From assembly GCA_965204745.1 (NCBI GenBank), contig OZ242010.1, forward strand, positions 4,992,001 through 5,056,000: DNA of 64,000 nt, read 5' to 3'. The notes beneath the pieces are model-generated. The model did not search any database. It was not told where the DNA came from and saw nothing but the letters and a program-made list of their open reading frames with translations. Shown here piece by piece: positions 40,600-49,634 of this stretch. The position numbers and the translations under genes were made by a program. Positions within the stretch are counted from its first letter, which is position 1, and the number at the start of each line of letters is the position of its first letter. This DNA is from Candidatus Latescibacterota bacterium. Lineage in GTDB: Bacteria > Latescibacterota > UBA2968.

Positions 40600-40827
40600 G
40601 GATCTGGTGCGCGCTCGGGGTCGCGTCCCGACCATTGACGCCAAGTCTACCGGTCTTGTATATGCAGCCTCAAGGGGCTTAGATACTCTTCGGCATAGAC
40701 CCGGCGGTCGGGGGGCCTATCTTACCTACAAGGTCATCGCCTTCAAGAGGGGCCGGCCTTCCCCGAGCCGGGCATCAAGATGGCTTATCTCGATACGAGG
40801 GCGCAACTCCTAATTAACCCTTACTTC
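40600..40827 (-). ncRNA. Predicted IS110 bridge RNA (ends approximate)
   Basis: Segments matching the target and donor junctions occur in LTG-RTG-LDG-RDG order on the recombinase strand (see findings). Confidence 0.65.
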
Positions 40828-41105
40828 CAAGATACAAGAGGGGAGAGGCAAAAAGCGTAAGAGGCAAGACGCAAGAGGTGAGAGGCAAGACGCAAGACGC
40901 AAGACGCAAGAGACAAGACGCAAGAGACAAGAGGGGAGAGGGGTGGTCTTCTCCCGTCTTGCCTCTCACCTCTCACCTTTTTCGGTGGTCTTCTCCCGTC
41001 TTGCGTCTCACCTCTCACCTTCTTTAGGTGGTCTTCTCCCGTCTCGCCTCTCACCTCTCACCTTTTTCGGTGGCCTTCTCCCGTCTTGCCTCTCCCTTCT
41101 CACCT
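40828..41105. repeat. Heptamer repeat array right of IS110 (direct, then inverted blocks)
   Basis: caagacg/caagagg/gagaggc, then four ~47-bp units of ggtggtcttc-tcccgtc-ttgcctc-tcacctc-tcacc. Confidence 0.85.
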
Positions 41106-41123
41106 TTTTTAAGGAGATTGAAT

Positions 41124-42179
41124 ATGGCACGCATTGGACGCGCCGCGGTAATGAGCGGCGAAAAATTTGAAATCCGCGAATATCCCGTTCCCGACCCGGA
41201 ACCGGGATCCATTTTGCTCAAACAAGAACTCGCGGGCATCTGCGGCACGGACCTGCACAACTGGGAATACCAGCGGTTGCAGGGCGAAATCATCCTCGGG
41301 CACGAAAACGTGGGCATCATCGACAGCATGGGCGCGGGTGTGGAAACCGATTATCTGGGCAATCCCATCGCGCCCGGCGACCGCGTGCTCTTCGCGCCCG
41401 GCACCAATCGCGGCGCGTACGGTTTTTTGCAAGCCGAAGAAGACCCGTACTTGCGCGGCGGGTTTGGCGAATACATTTATTTGTGGAACCCGGACACGGT
41501 GGTGCTCAAGACCGACATGCCCGCCGAAGTCGCGGTTATCACCGAGCCGTTCACCATTGGCGTTCACGGCGCGATGCGGTCGGGCCTACAATTTGGGGAT
41601 ACGGTCGTCGTTCAGGGTTCGGGCGCGATTGGCCTGCTCACACTCGTCGCGGCCAAAGTCAGCGGCGCTGGCAGGCTCATCATGGTCGGCGGCCCCAAAG
41701 GCAGGTTGGAATTAGCCAAACGCCTGGGCGCAGATCTCACTATCGACATTGCCGATGTACCCGATCCGGAAGAACGCACCAAAATTGTGCGCGAGAACAC
41801 GCCCCGCAACGAGGGGGCAGATGTCGTGTTTGAATGCGCGGGATTTTTGCCGGCCATCCCCGAAGGCGTGACGTTCTTGCGGCACAGCGGCACGTACGTC
41901 GCCATGGGGCATTTCGTCGATGTGGGGTCTTTTGACTGCAATCCCAATCAGATGTTCATGCGCCGCAACCTGCGCCTCGAAGCCGTGTGGGCGAGCGCCC
42001 CCGAACACTTTGTGCGCGCGCTTCCCATTCTCGAGCGCAATGAATACGCCTTTGCGGACCTCGTCAGCCACACCATCCCACTCGACCGCGTGGCCGAAGG
42101 CTTCAACGCGCTACACAGCGGGTATCGCCTCGACGACAAAGACGCGATCAAAATTGCGGTCAAAGGCGGGTTGGCGTAA
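41124..42179 (+). CDS. Zinc-binding (MDR family) dehydrogenase
   Basis: GICGTD, LGHE, G.GAIG and ADVVFECAG; lacks the structural-Zn Cys cluster. Confidence 0.9.
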   Translation: MARIGRAAVMSGEKFEIREYPVPDPEPGSILLKQELAGICGTDLHNWEYQRLQGEIILGHENVGIIDSMGAGVETDYLGNPIAPGDRVLFAPGTNRGAYGFLQAEEDPYLRGGFGEYIYLWNPDTVVLKTDMPAEVAVITEPFTIGVHGAMRSGLQFGDTVVVQGSGAIGLLTLVAAKVSGAGRLIMVGGPKGRLELAKRLGADLTIDIADVPDPEERTKIVRENTPRNEGADVVFECAGFLPAIPEGVTFLRHSGTYVAMGHFVDVGSFDCNPNQMFMRRNLRLEAVWASAPEHFVRALPILERNEYAFADLVSHTIPLDRVAEGFNALHSGYRLDDKDAIKIAVKGGLA

Positions 42180-42219
42180 CGCAATTCTTTTGTCCCTACT
42201 TTCTCAAGGAGAAGATGTA

Positions 42220-42924
42220 ATGATTGGATTTGATACGCTCAAGGCGGCGATGCGGTTGCAGGATGAAGCCGGCTTTGATGAACGACAAGCGCGGGCCTTG
42301 GTGACCACCTTTGCCGAAGGGATCGGCGAGGATATGGCGACTCGGGAAGGGTTGGAGAAAACCGAGGCAACTCTGCGGGCTGATATCGTGTCTTTGCAAA
42401 GCGACACGCAGAAGATGGAAATGACCCTGCACGGCGAGATCGTGTCTTTGCGGAGCGACATGGAGAAGACGGAAACGACGCTGCGTGGGGAGATTGAAGC
42501 CCTGCGGAGTGACATGGAGAAGATGGAAACGACACTGCGTGGGGAGATTGAGGCCCTGCGGAGTGACATGGAGAAGATGGAAACGACACTGCGCGGCGAC
42601 ATGGAGAAGATGGAAACGGCGTTGCGTACCGAGATCATGTCTTTGCGGAGCGACATGGAGAAGATGGAAATGACCCTGCGTGGAGAAATTGAAGCCCTGC
42701 GGAGCGACATGGAGAAAATGGAGACGAGGCTGCGCGGTGAGATTCAAGAGGTTCGCGGCGAGGCTGAGTCTTTGCGGCGTGACATGGATGAAATGGAGAC
42801 GAGACTGCGTGCCGAGTTGCGGGCATTTGAACTGCGGATGACGATCAAGTTGGGCGGCCTGCTCGTGCTAGCTGTCGGTTTGATGACGATGATCGACCGC
42901 CTGCTCGGTCCGGCGGCTCCTTAA
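42220..42924 (+). CDS. CCDC90/DUF1640-like coiled-coil membrane-anchored protein
   Basis: FDTL....L..AGF...QA.A head, MAT neck, 18-aa repeats (LRGEIEALRSDMEKMETT), and ELRMTIKLG followed by a C-terminal TM helix. Confidence 0.8.
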   Translation: MIGFDTLKAAMRLQDEAGFDERQARALVTTFAEGIGEDMATREGLEKTEATLRADIVSLQSDTQKMEMTLHGEIVSLRSDMEKTETTLRGEIEALRSDMEKMETTLRGEIEALRSDMEKMETTLRGDMEKMETALRTEIMSLRSDMEKMEMTLRGEIEALRSDMEKMETRLRGEIQEVRGEAESLRRDMDEMETRLRAELRAFELRMTIKLGGLLVLAVGLMTMIDRLLGPAAP

Positions 42925-42932
42925 ATGCGGGA

Positions 42933-43298
42933 TCTGATGGCGTTGCGCGAGGGGACCTATCCCCCCGGCCCCCGTTATTCGCTTCGCTCATTGTAGGCTA
43001 CGCCTGTGCCTGCGAGGAAAGGGGGAGCACATGGCTTTTTGAAGGTTGTATCCTTGGCTGTTCTGATGGCTTTGGGCGAATGGATCGCGCCATGAAAAAG
43101 CGACCTATCCCCCCGGCCCCCTTTCCTGCGAGGAAAGGGGGAGCACATGGCTTTTTGAAGGTTTGTTTCCTTGGCTGTTCTGATGGCTTTGAGCGAATGG
43201 ATCGCGCCATGAACCCCAAAAACCTCTCGCGTAAATCTCTCGCAAGACCCATCGCCATTCCCCCTTCCTCGTAGGAAGGGGGCCAGGGGGTAGGTCCC
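42933..43298. repeat. REP/REPIN-like hairpin array (gacctatcccccggcccctttcc..ggaaagggg family)
   Basis: Two direct units and one terminal inverted unit (ccccttcctcgtaggaagggggccagggggtaggtcc). Confidence 0.8.
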
Positions 43299-43305
43299 AA
43301 AAAGT

Positions 43306-43337
43306 AAAGCCCGAGTTCACTGCGAACCCGGGCTTTT
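43306..43337. terminator. Bidirectional intrinsic terminator
   Basis: aaagcccgagttc-actgc-gaacccgggctttt between convergent genes. Confidence 0.75.
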
Positions 43338-43365
43338 GTTTTGTGCGCGTAATCGTTCTGCGGCA

Positions 43366-46300
43366 TCAAATCTCCGTGTCGTAATACTGACTGAAGATCA
43401 AAAAATCGTCATAGCCAACCGCACCATCGCTATTGAGATCGTAGCGCGAGTTATATCTTTCTTCGCCGGGCCGCGTTCCATACCTGACGACAAAAAGCGC
43501 GAAATCCGCGAAATTGACCCGACCATTGCCATCGAAGTCGGGCGTGAGCCCTTCAAGGGTGAAGACCAGCGAAGCCACATCGCCATCCGCGTCCAACGCG
43601 CTCAGCGTGTATTCGGTCTCGAGTATCGCCTGAAGCAACGTGCCGGATATCACCCGCGTCTCGTGGTCAAATTCCAACTCATCGGGCAGGAATGGCAAGA
43701 GGATATAGGCCAGCACCCCATCGCCACCCGTCGCTTCGGGGAAAGTTATCTCGACCTCCGTTTTCACCAGATAGCGGTGGGCGACGACCGTATCGGCAAA
43801 TGAGGGCATGAGATCTTCCGCCACGGCGAGGGCGAATCGCAGAGTAGCCTCGTCGCCATCGCCATCTCTTGCGGTCAGCGTATAGGTCGTTTCGCCTAGC
43901 GCCTCGGTCGGCAGACCCGCCAGCACCCGCGTCTCGGTGTTGAAGGTCAAGCCCTCGGGCAGATCGGGGGACAGCGCGTAGGTCAGCGCGCCATCGCCAC
44001 CGGTCGCTCGCGGCAGGGTTATCGCTTCGATCTCTCGGTTTTGTACATAGCTTTGCGCGGCGACCGTCGCATCGCCGAAAGACGGCATCCTATCTGCCAC
44101 GACGCCCGACGATGTATCTACCATGACGACGATGTAGAATAACGCACGCGCCACATCTTCGTCTTCGTCTGTTGCGGTCAGGGCGTACGTGGCTTTGGCC
44201 TGTGTCTCGGTCGGCGTGCCGGACAAGACGCCGCCATGCGCGTCCTCTTCGCCCGGCGGGGTATAGGTCAGGCCCGGAGGAAGTGAAGACAAAGTGTAGG
44301 TCAATGCTCCGTCGCCACCCTGGGCCACGGGGAATATCAGCGGCGCAATAGGTGTGCCTTGTTGATAGCGTTGAAAATCCACCACATCTGTAAATTCGGG
44401 CACTCGATTTGCAACCGGATTTTCATCGTCTCGGATGGTCAGGGTCACATCTGAGGGGGAGGTGACGCCGGCGCTGTTCTGCGCGTTGCCCGACACAGTG
44501 ACCGTCTTATCGCCTGCACTGACCGAGTTGTCCACCGCTGTAATCGTTACGGTGCCCGTGCTCGTCGTTGCGCCAGCCGCGATAGTCAGCACGGGGTTGT
44601 TGCTCAACGTGAAATCGCCCGCCACAGTGTTTGCGCCCGGAGCAACCGAGACGGTGATCGTCGTTGCCGCGGTCGATGCCCGGGTCAAGGTCGCTGTCAC
44701 AGTCGTCTGATTGGTTGCACCGCTTTCGTCTATCTCGGATGGCGACAGCACTAGCGCTACGCCGGGGAAGGATTCATCGTCTCGGATGGTCAGGGTCACA
44801 TCCGAGGGGGAGGCGACGCTGGCACTGTTCTGCGCGTTGCCCGACACAGTGACCGCCTTATCGGCCGAACGGACCGAGTTGTCCACCGCTGTAATCGTTA
44901 CGGTGCCCGTGCTCGTCGTTGCACCGGCCGCGATAGTCAGCACGGTGTTGCTGCTCAACGTGAAATCGCCCGCCACAGCGTTTGCGCCCGGAGCGGCAGA
45001 GACGGTGATCGTCGTTGCCGTGCTCGATGCCCGGTTCTGGGTCGCTGTCACAGTTGATTGATTGGTTGCACCGCTTTCGTCTATCTCGGATGGCGACAGC
45101 ACTAGCGCTACGCCGAGTTCATCCTCTCGGATCATCATGGACACAGCTAAAGGGGGCGTTACGAAGGAGCGGGTACGCCCGCCGCCGGACCAGGTCGCTA
45201 TGGAGTCCGCCGAAATAGTGACCGTCTTATCGCCCGAAAAGACCGAGTTGTCCACCGCTCTAATCGTTACGGTGCCCGTGCTCGTCGTTGCAGTGGCCGC
45301 GATAATCAGCCTGGGGTTGTTGCTCAACGTGAAATCGGCCGCCACAGCGTTTGCGCCCGGAGCAGCCGCGACGGTGATCGTCGTTGGCAAAGTGCCCTGT
45401 GCTCGGTCCAACGTTGCCGTGATGGTCGCGGTTGCACCGTTTTCGTCAATCGCGGAGGACGACAGCACCAGCGTTGCTTCGGGCCAGATTCTTACCTCTC
45501 CCCCTCTGGCCCGAAGGGCGGGAACGTGCGTGTTCCGCGACGTGGCACTCAGCGGATTTGCGTGTGTGCGAATAACGTCTCCCGTCCCACCCACTCCCGG
45601 ATTTGAAACCAAGGGCGAGAGATCCGAGATGAAGTTCGTGCTAATGTACACAAATTGTAGATCGGTTAAGTTCGAGAGAGCCGAGATATCCCTGATGAAG
45701 TTGAGTCGAATATCAATACTTATCAAGTCGGTAAAGTTCGATACAGGCGAGAGATCCGAAAGATTGCAATAGAACGCTGTCAGATGTGTCAAGTTGGTTA
45801 AGGTCGATATAGGCGAGAGATCCGAGAGATTCGCGTTTCCTGTAAGCTCCAGTCTTCTTAGATTGGTTAAGGTCGATAGGGAGTCGAGATTTGTGATGCC
45901 GATGTTATTGCTAAGCGTGAGATAATTGTTCAGGCTGGTTAAGCTCTGTAGAGGCGCGATCCTCGCGTTCGTGAGCCCGTTGTTGCCAAGCCCCAGATAT
46001 TCCAGACGGGTTAAGCTCCGTAGAGGCGAGAGATCCGAGACCCTGTTGTTGTCAAGAAGCAGACCTCTCAGCTCGGTTAAGTTCGATAGGGAGTCAATAT
46101 TTGCGATGCGGTTCCTGCCTGCTTCCAGGGTTCTCAGGTTAGTTAGGGTATATAGGGAGTCGATATTTGTGATGTTGGTGTTGTAGTATAAGTTCAGGGA
46201 TCTCAGGCTGGTTAATTTCGACAGGACGCCGATATTTGTGATGTTGTTTTGGCTTAAGTCCAGGATTTGCAGGTTAGTTGAGGCGTATAGGGAGTCGATA

Positions 46301-46584
46301 TTTGTGATGCTGTTGTCGCGTAAATGCAGTCTTAGCAGTCCGGTTGCATGTTGCAAGCCGGTTAGATTACTGATATTCGAGCTATTCCCATTAATGTCGA
46401 CTATATTCGCCATCGAACTAACGGTAATCGTCGCAGTGCTAGTCCTTGCCCTGCCCAGTCCCTCCTGAACTGCCGCTCGCAGGTTGGTGTCGGGAATATT
46501 CGCGTTCTGCGCGTTGACCGGCCCCGGCCATGCACCGAACAAAAGCACCAACGCGATAAATATCGTACAAATTCGGATCACCAT
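43366..46584 (-). CDS. Internalin-like LRR surface protein with beta-sandwich/Ig repeats and a C-terminal dockerin/EF-hand-like domain
   Basis: Signal peptide, IPD.NLR cap, 22-aa LRRs (L..L.L..N.I.D.S.L..LT), 3 beta-sandwich repeats, GGDGALTY..LP.GL putative Ig domains, and DFDGNGRVNFADF / DLNSDGAVGYDDF. Confidence 0.88.
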   Translation of the reverse strand: MVIRICTIFIALVLLFGAWPGPVNAQNANIPDTNLRAAVQEGLGRARTSTATITVSSMANIVDINGNSSNISNLTGLQHATGLLRLHLRDNSITNIDSLYASTNLQILDLSQNNITNIGVLSKLTSLRSLNLYYNTNITNIDSLYTLTNLRTLEAGRNRIANIDSLSNLTELRGLLLDNNRVSDLSPLRSLTRLEYLGLGNNGLTNARIAPLQSLTSLNNYLTLSNNIGITNLDSLSTLTNLRRLELTGNANLSDLSPISTLTNLTHLTAFYCNLSDLSPVSNFTDLISIDIRLNFIRDISALSNLTDLQFVYISTNFISDLSPLVSNPGVGGTGDVIRTHANPLSATSRNTHVPALRARGGEVRIWPEATLVLSSSAIDENGATATITATLDRAQGTLPTTITVAAAPGANAVAADFTLSNNPRLIIAATATTSTGTVTIRAVDNSVFSGDKTVTISADSIATWSGGGRTRSFVTPPLAVSMMIREDELGVALVLSPSEIDESGATNQSTVTATQNRASSTATTITVSAAPGANAVAGDFTLSSNTVLTIAAGATTSTGTVTITAVDNSVRSADKAVTVSGNAQNSASVASPSDVTLTIRDDESFPGVALVLSPSEIDESGATNQTTVTATLTRASTAATTITVSVAPGANTVAGDFTLSNNPVLTIAAGATTSTGTVTITAVDNSVSAGDKTVTVSGNAQNSAGVTSPSDVTLTIRDDENPVANRVPEFTDVVDFQRYQQGTPIAPLIFPVAQGGDGALTYTLSSLPPGLTYTPPGEEDAHGGVLSGTPTETQAKATYALTATDEDEDVARALFYIVVMVDTSSGVVADRMPSFGDATVAAQSYVQNREIEAITLPRATGGDGALTYALSPDLPEGLTFNTETRVLAGLPTEALGETTYTLTARDGDGDEATLRFALAVAEDLMPSFADTVVAHRYLVKTEVEITFPEATGGDGVLAYILLPFLPDELEFDHETRVISGTLLQAILETEYTLSALDADGDVASLVFTLEGLTPDFDGNGRVNFADFALFVVRYGTRPGEERYNSRYDLNSDGAVGYDDFLIFSQYYDTEI

Positions 46585-46680
46585 CGTACTTTACCTCCCT
46601 CAAGAATGACATGACCAATTCAGTTTCAACTTTCCCTTTGTGAAACTTAGATGATTATAGGTATTTAGGCAAGGACAAAA

Positions 46681-47310
46681 AGGGACTTATCCCCCCGGCC
46701 CCCGTTATTCGCTTCGCTCATTGTAGGCTACGCCTGTGCCTGCGAGGAAAGGGGAGAAAAGCGACCTATCCCCCCGGCCCCCGTTATTCGCTTCGCTCAT
46801 TGTAGGCTACGCCTGTGCCTACGAGGAAAGGGGAGAAAAGTTCCTTTGATGGCTTAGGTTGCTCTGATGGCGTTGCACGCGGGGACCTATCCCCCCGGCC
46901 CCCTTTCCTACAAGGAAAGGGGGAGCATGGGTTTCTTGATAGATGAATGCAAGGGCTATTTTGATGGCTTTTGGGACCTATCCCCCGGCCCCGTTATTCG
47001 CTTCGCTCATTGTAGGCTACGCCTGTGCCTACGAGGAAAGGGGAGAAAAGTTCCTTTGATGGCTTATATCAAGGGTTGCTCTGATGGCGTTGCACGCGGG
47101 GACCTATCCCCCCGGCCCCCTTTCCTACAAGGAAAGGGGGAGCATGGATTTCTTGATAGATGAATGCAAGGGCTATTTTGATGGCTTTTGGGACCTATCC
47201 CCCGGCCCCTTTCCTACGAGGAAAGGGGAGAAAAGTTCCTTTGATGGCTTATATCAAGGGTTGCTCTGATGGCATTGACCGAGGGCATAAAGCGATTAAA
47301 AAACCCTCAC
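46681..47310. repeat. Six-unit tandem array of the gacctatcccccggcccc hairpin family
   Basis: Units with and without a gttattcgcttcgctcattgtaggctacgcctgtg insert; linkers also repeated (~217-bp higher-order duplication). Confidence 0.88.
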
Positions 47311-47383
47311 CTCATCCCCTCTCCCCTTTTGCCTTTTGCCTCTTGCCTCTTACCTCTTGCCTCTTGCCTCTTGCCTCTTCCCG

Positions 47384-48925
47384 CTATTCCAACACAACTT
47401 TAATCCCCGCTTCGCGCAATTTGTGTTCCTGCCCGACGGGCGTGTGGAGCAAGGTGTAAAAGCGGTCGAGGCGTTGGGGGTCTTGCGGTTTGGTGAGTAT
47501 GCTCGCGATGATGAGCGCGGCAAAACCACCGGTGATGTAGAGCACATAGCGAGCGGGCAATTCCCAGCCGAGGCCGGCAATGGCGATGCCCAGGCTTTCC
47601 CAATGGAGAATTTCTTTCCCGGAAATGGCAAATAACAAAGCCGAGACGAGCAACCCGGCCCAGGCACCCGGCGCATTGCACCTTCGCCAGAGGATGCCCC
47701 CCCAAAACGCAATGCCGAAAAACGCCACCAGAGACCACGACAGGCGGATGATCGCGACGACAGACGTGAAATAGAGCGCGATCACGATGCCAAAGACCAC
47801 CAGCACCAGAGCCACGACGCGGCCCGTGGCGAGGTAGTGTTTGTCGTCGGCTTTGGGTTTGAAGAGGGGTTTGTAAAAATTTTCGACAAAAAGGGCCGCG
47901 CCATCCACCATAAACGAATCGCAGGTGGACATGACCGCCGCGATCATGGAGGCGAGCATCACGCCGATGAGCCCGATGGGCAAGAGGTCGCGCGACGCCA
48001 TGCCAAAGGCGTGTTCCGGGTCGTCGATATCCGGATAGAGGGCGATGCAGGCCACGCCGGTAAATGCCCAGGCCACGGTGCAGAGGCGTTTGATCATGTT
48101 GCCGTACGTGAACCCCACGCGGGCTTCGCGCTCGGTTTTGCCCGCGCCGCCAATTTCCATGTGATGCGGCTGGGCGATGATGCCCACGAGGGCGTTGATC
48201 ACGACCATCACGATGAAGAACGGCGTGATGCGGTCGTACCCAGGCGGGGGATCCCCAGGTGCTTCAAGGCTGAATTTTTCAATGGGCACTCGTTGGTGCA
48301 AGCCCGTGAACCCGCCGACGCCGTCGATGACATACGGGACGAGCAGAAAAGAGAGCACGATGATGAAGATGCCCTGAATAAAATCGGTGATGATGGCCGC
48401 GGGCAGGCCGCCCAAAAGGCCGTAGGAGAGAAAGAGGACGGTCATGACGCCGATAGCGAGTTCGGGCGAAATCGCGCCGCCGGTCATCGCGCTCGCGGTT
48501 TTGCCCGTGCCCAAGAGCATGATGCCGATTTGGATGGCAAAATAGAGCAAGCCGTACAGCGCGTAGAAATAGCCGAGGGATTTGCTGAACCGGTCCTCAA
48601 AAAAGTCGGCAATGGTGAGGTAGCGCAACCGGCGCCAGATCGGCGCGATGAGCCAGTAAAACGGCGTGGCGAACAAATAGAGCCACTGGTACCATATCCC
48701 GGCCATGCCCAGTTTGTAGGACGCGCCCGCAACCGTGACCGCCTGATCCGTGTGCGTGCCCGTGCCAAAGGCGTGCATGATCATAAATGCCTTGCCAAAG
48801 CTGCGCCCGCCCATAAAGTAGTCGCCCGTGTTCTTGATCTTGCGCGCGACCCAAAACCCAGCGACCATAATGCCGAGCAAATAAATCGCGAGTGATGCCA
48901 AATCCAGCGCGTGTAACCCAACCAT
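47384..48925 (-). CDS. Sodium:solute symporter (SSS family)
   Basis: DYFMGGRS, GG..A.I.TD.IQ, AAVMST.DS and multiple TM helices. Confidence 0.92.
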   Translation of the reverse strand: MVGLHALDLASLAIYLLGIMVAGFWVARKIKNTGDYFMGGRSFGKAFMIMHAFGTGTHTDQAVTVAGASYKLGMAGIWYQWLYLFATPFYWLIAPIWRRLRYLTIADFFEDRFSKSLGYFYALYGLLYFAIQIGIMLLGTGKTASAMTGGAISPELAIGVMTVLFLSYGLLGGLPAAIITDFIQGIFIIVLSFLLVPYVIDGVGGFTGLHQRVPIEKFSLEAPGDPPPGYDRITPFFIVMVVINALVGIIAQPHHMEIGGAGKTEREARVGFTYGNMIKRLCTVAWAFTGVACIALYPDIDDPEHAFGMASRDLLPIGLIGVMLASMIAAVMSTCDSFMVDGAALFVENFYKPLFKPKADDKHYLATGRVVALVLVVFGIVIALYFTSVVAIIRLSWSLVAFFGIAFWGGILWRRCNAPGAWAGLLVSALLFAISGKEILHWESLGIAIAGLGWELPARYVLYITGGFAALIIASILTKPQDPQRLDRFYTLLHTPVGQEHKLREAGIKVVLE

Positions 48926-48998
48926 AAAAACCCGCTTTGCAAAAAATAACCCGTTTCGTCTCCGTGTGAAACGCTCGGATTATGGAAGTAATCTTCTC

Positions 48999-49235
48999 TT
49001 AGAATCCATTAAAACTATCCGTCGTCCCAGTACCCGAGGCACCAAAAAGTTCAGCTATATCTCGGCGCAACCCCTGCCCAATATAGAACTTGAGCAATGC
49101 TTGTGCCGACATGTCTCGGTTTGCCGCGACATGCTTGAGATCGTCAAGCGCGTCCTTTGGAATTTTTATGGACACCTTTTCCGTCTCGCGCGGATGGAAT
49201 TTGAGGGCGCATTTTTCTTTTTTATTCTTTTTCAT
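48999..49235 (-). CDS. BrnA/CopG-like antitoxin
   Basis: RHH-like VSIKIP....L..VA..RDMS.QALLKFYIGQGLR; overlaps brnT. Confidence 0.75.
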   Translation of the reverse strand: MKKNKKEKCALKFHPRETEKVSIKIPKDALDDLKHVAANRDMSAQALLKFYIGQGLRRDIAELFGASGTGTTDSFNGF

Positions 49236-49515
49236 ACAACTTCCTTTCACGGCGCGTCGCACGACGCGCAGATATAATGCGTGTCCATTCGTCTCGTTCT
49301 ACATAAACGACCATCAAAATGCGTTGTGAAAGCGAATAACCAAGAATGAAATCCCTTTGTTCATCATCAGTGGAAGCATTGCCTGTTTGATGGAAAGGAT
49401 CGAAGAAGACTTCGGCTGCTTCTTCAAAAGCGATGCCATGCTTCTGCCGGTTGCTTTGGGCTTTGTCCGAATCCCATTGAAATGAGATGCCTTGTAGTTT
49501 GTATAAGATGTCCAT
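49222..49515 (-). CDS. BrnT-family ribonuclease toxin
   Basis: FQWD..K...N..KHGI.FEEA..VF.DP ... RIISARRAT..ER..Y. Confidence 0.92.
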   Translation of the reverse strand: MDILYKLQGISFQWDSDKAQSNRQKHGIAFEEAAEVFFDPFHQTGNASTDDEQRDFILGYSLSQRILMVVYVERDEWTRIISARRATRRERKLYEKE

Positions 49516-49634
49516 TAGTTTCGGTCAGAGAGGTTGATCAGATACTCAACGAGAAGGTCAACAGCGTTTTTTGGGGTTCTCTAAAGCTCCTTTCTCGATA
49601 TATACTCGTATCTGTCCCTTGGTATGACTTCCCC

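Larger units (their letters stand above)
39542..40835 (-). mobile_element. IS110-family element inserted in the heptamer array
   Basis: caagatac at both junctions (39542-39549, 40828-40835); no TIRs; ~260-bp non-coding end upstream of the recombinase. Confidence 0.88.

Noticed and set aside
46681-47310. CRISPR-like array of palindromic repeats
   Set aside because: The spacers are themselves repeated and of irregular length, the repeats vary by a large insert, and no cas genes are in the window
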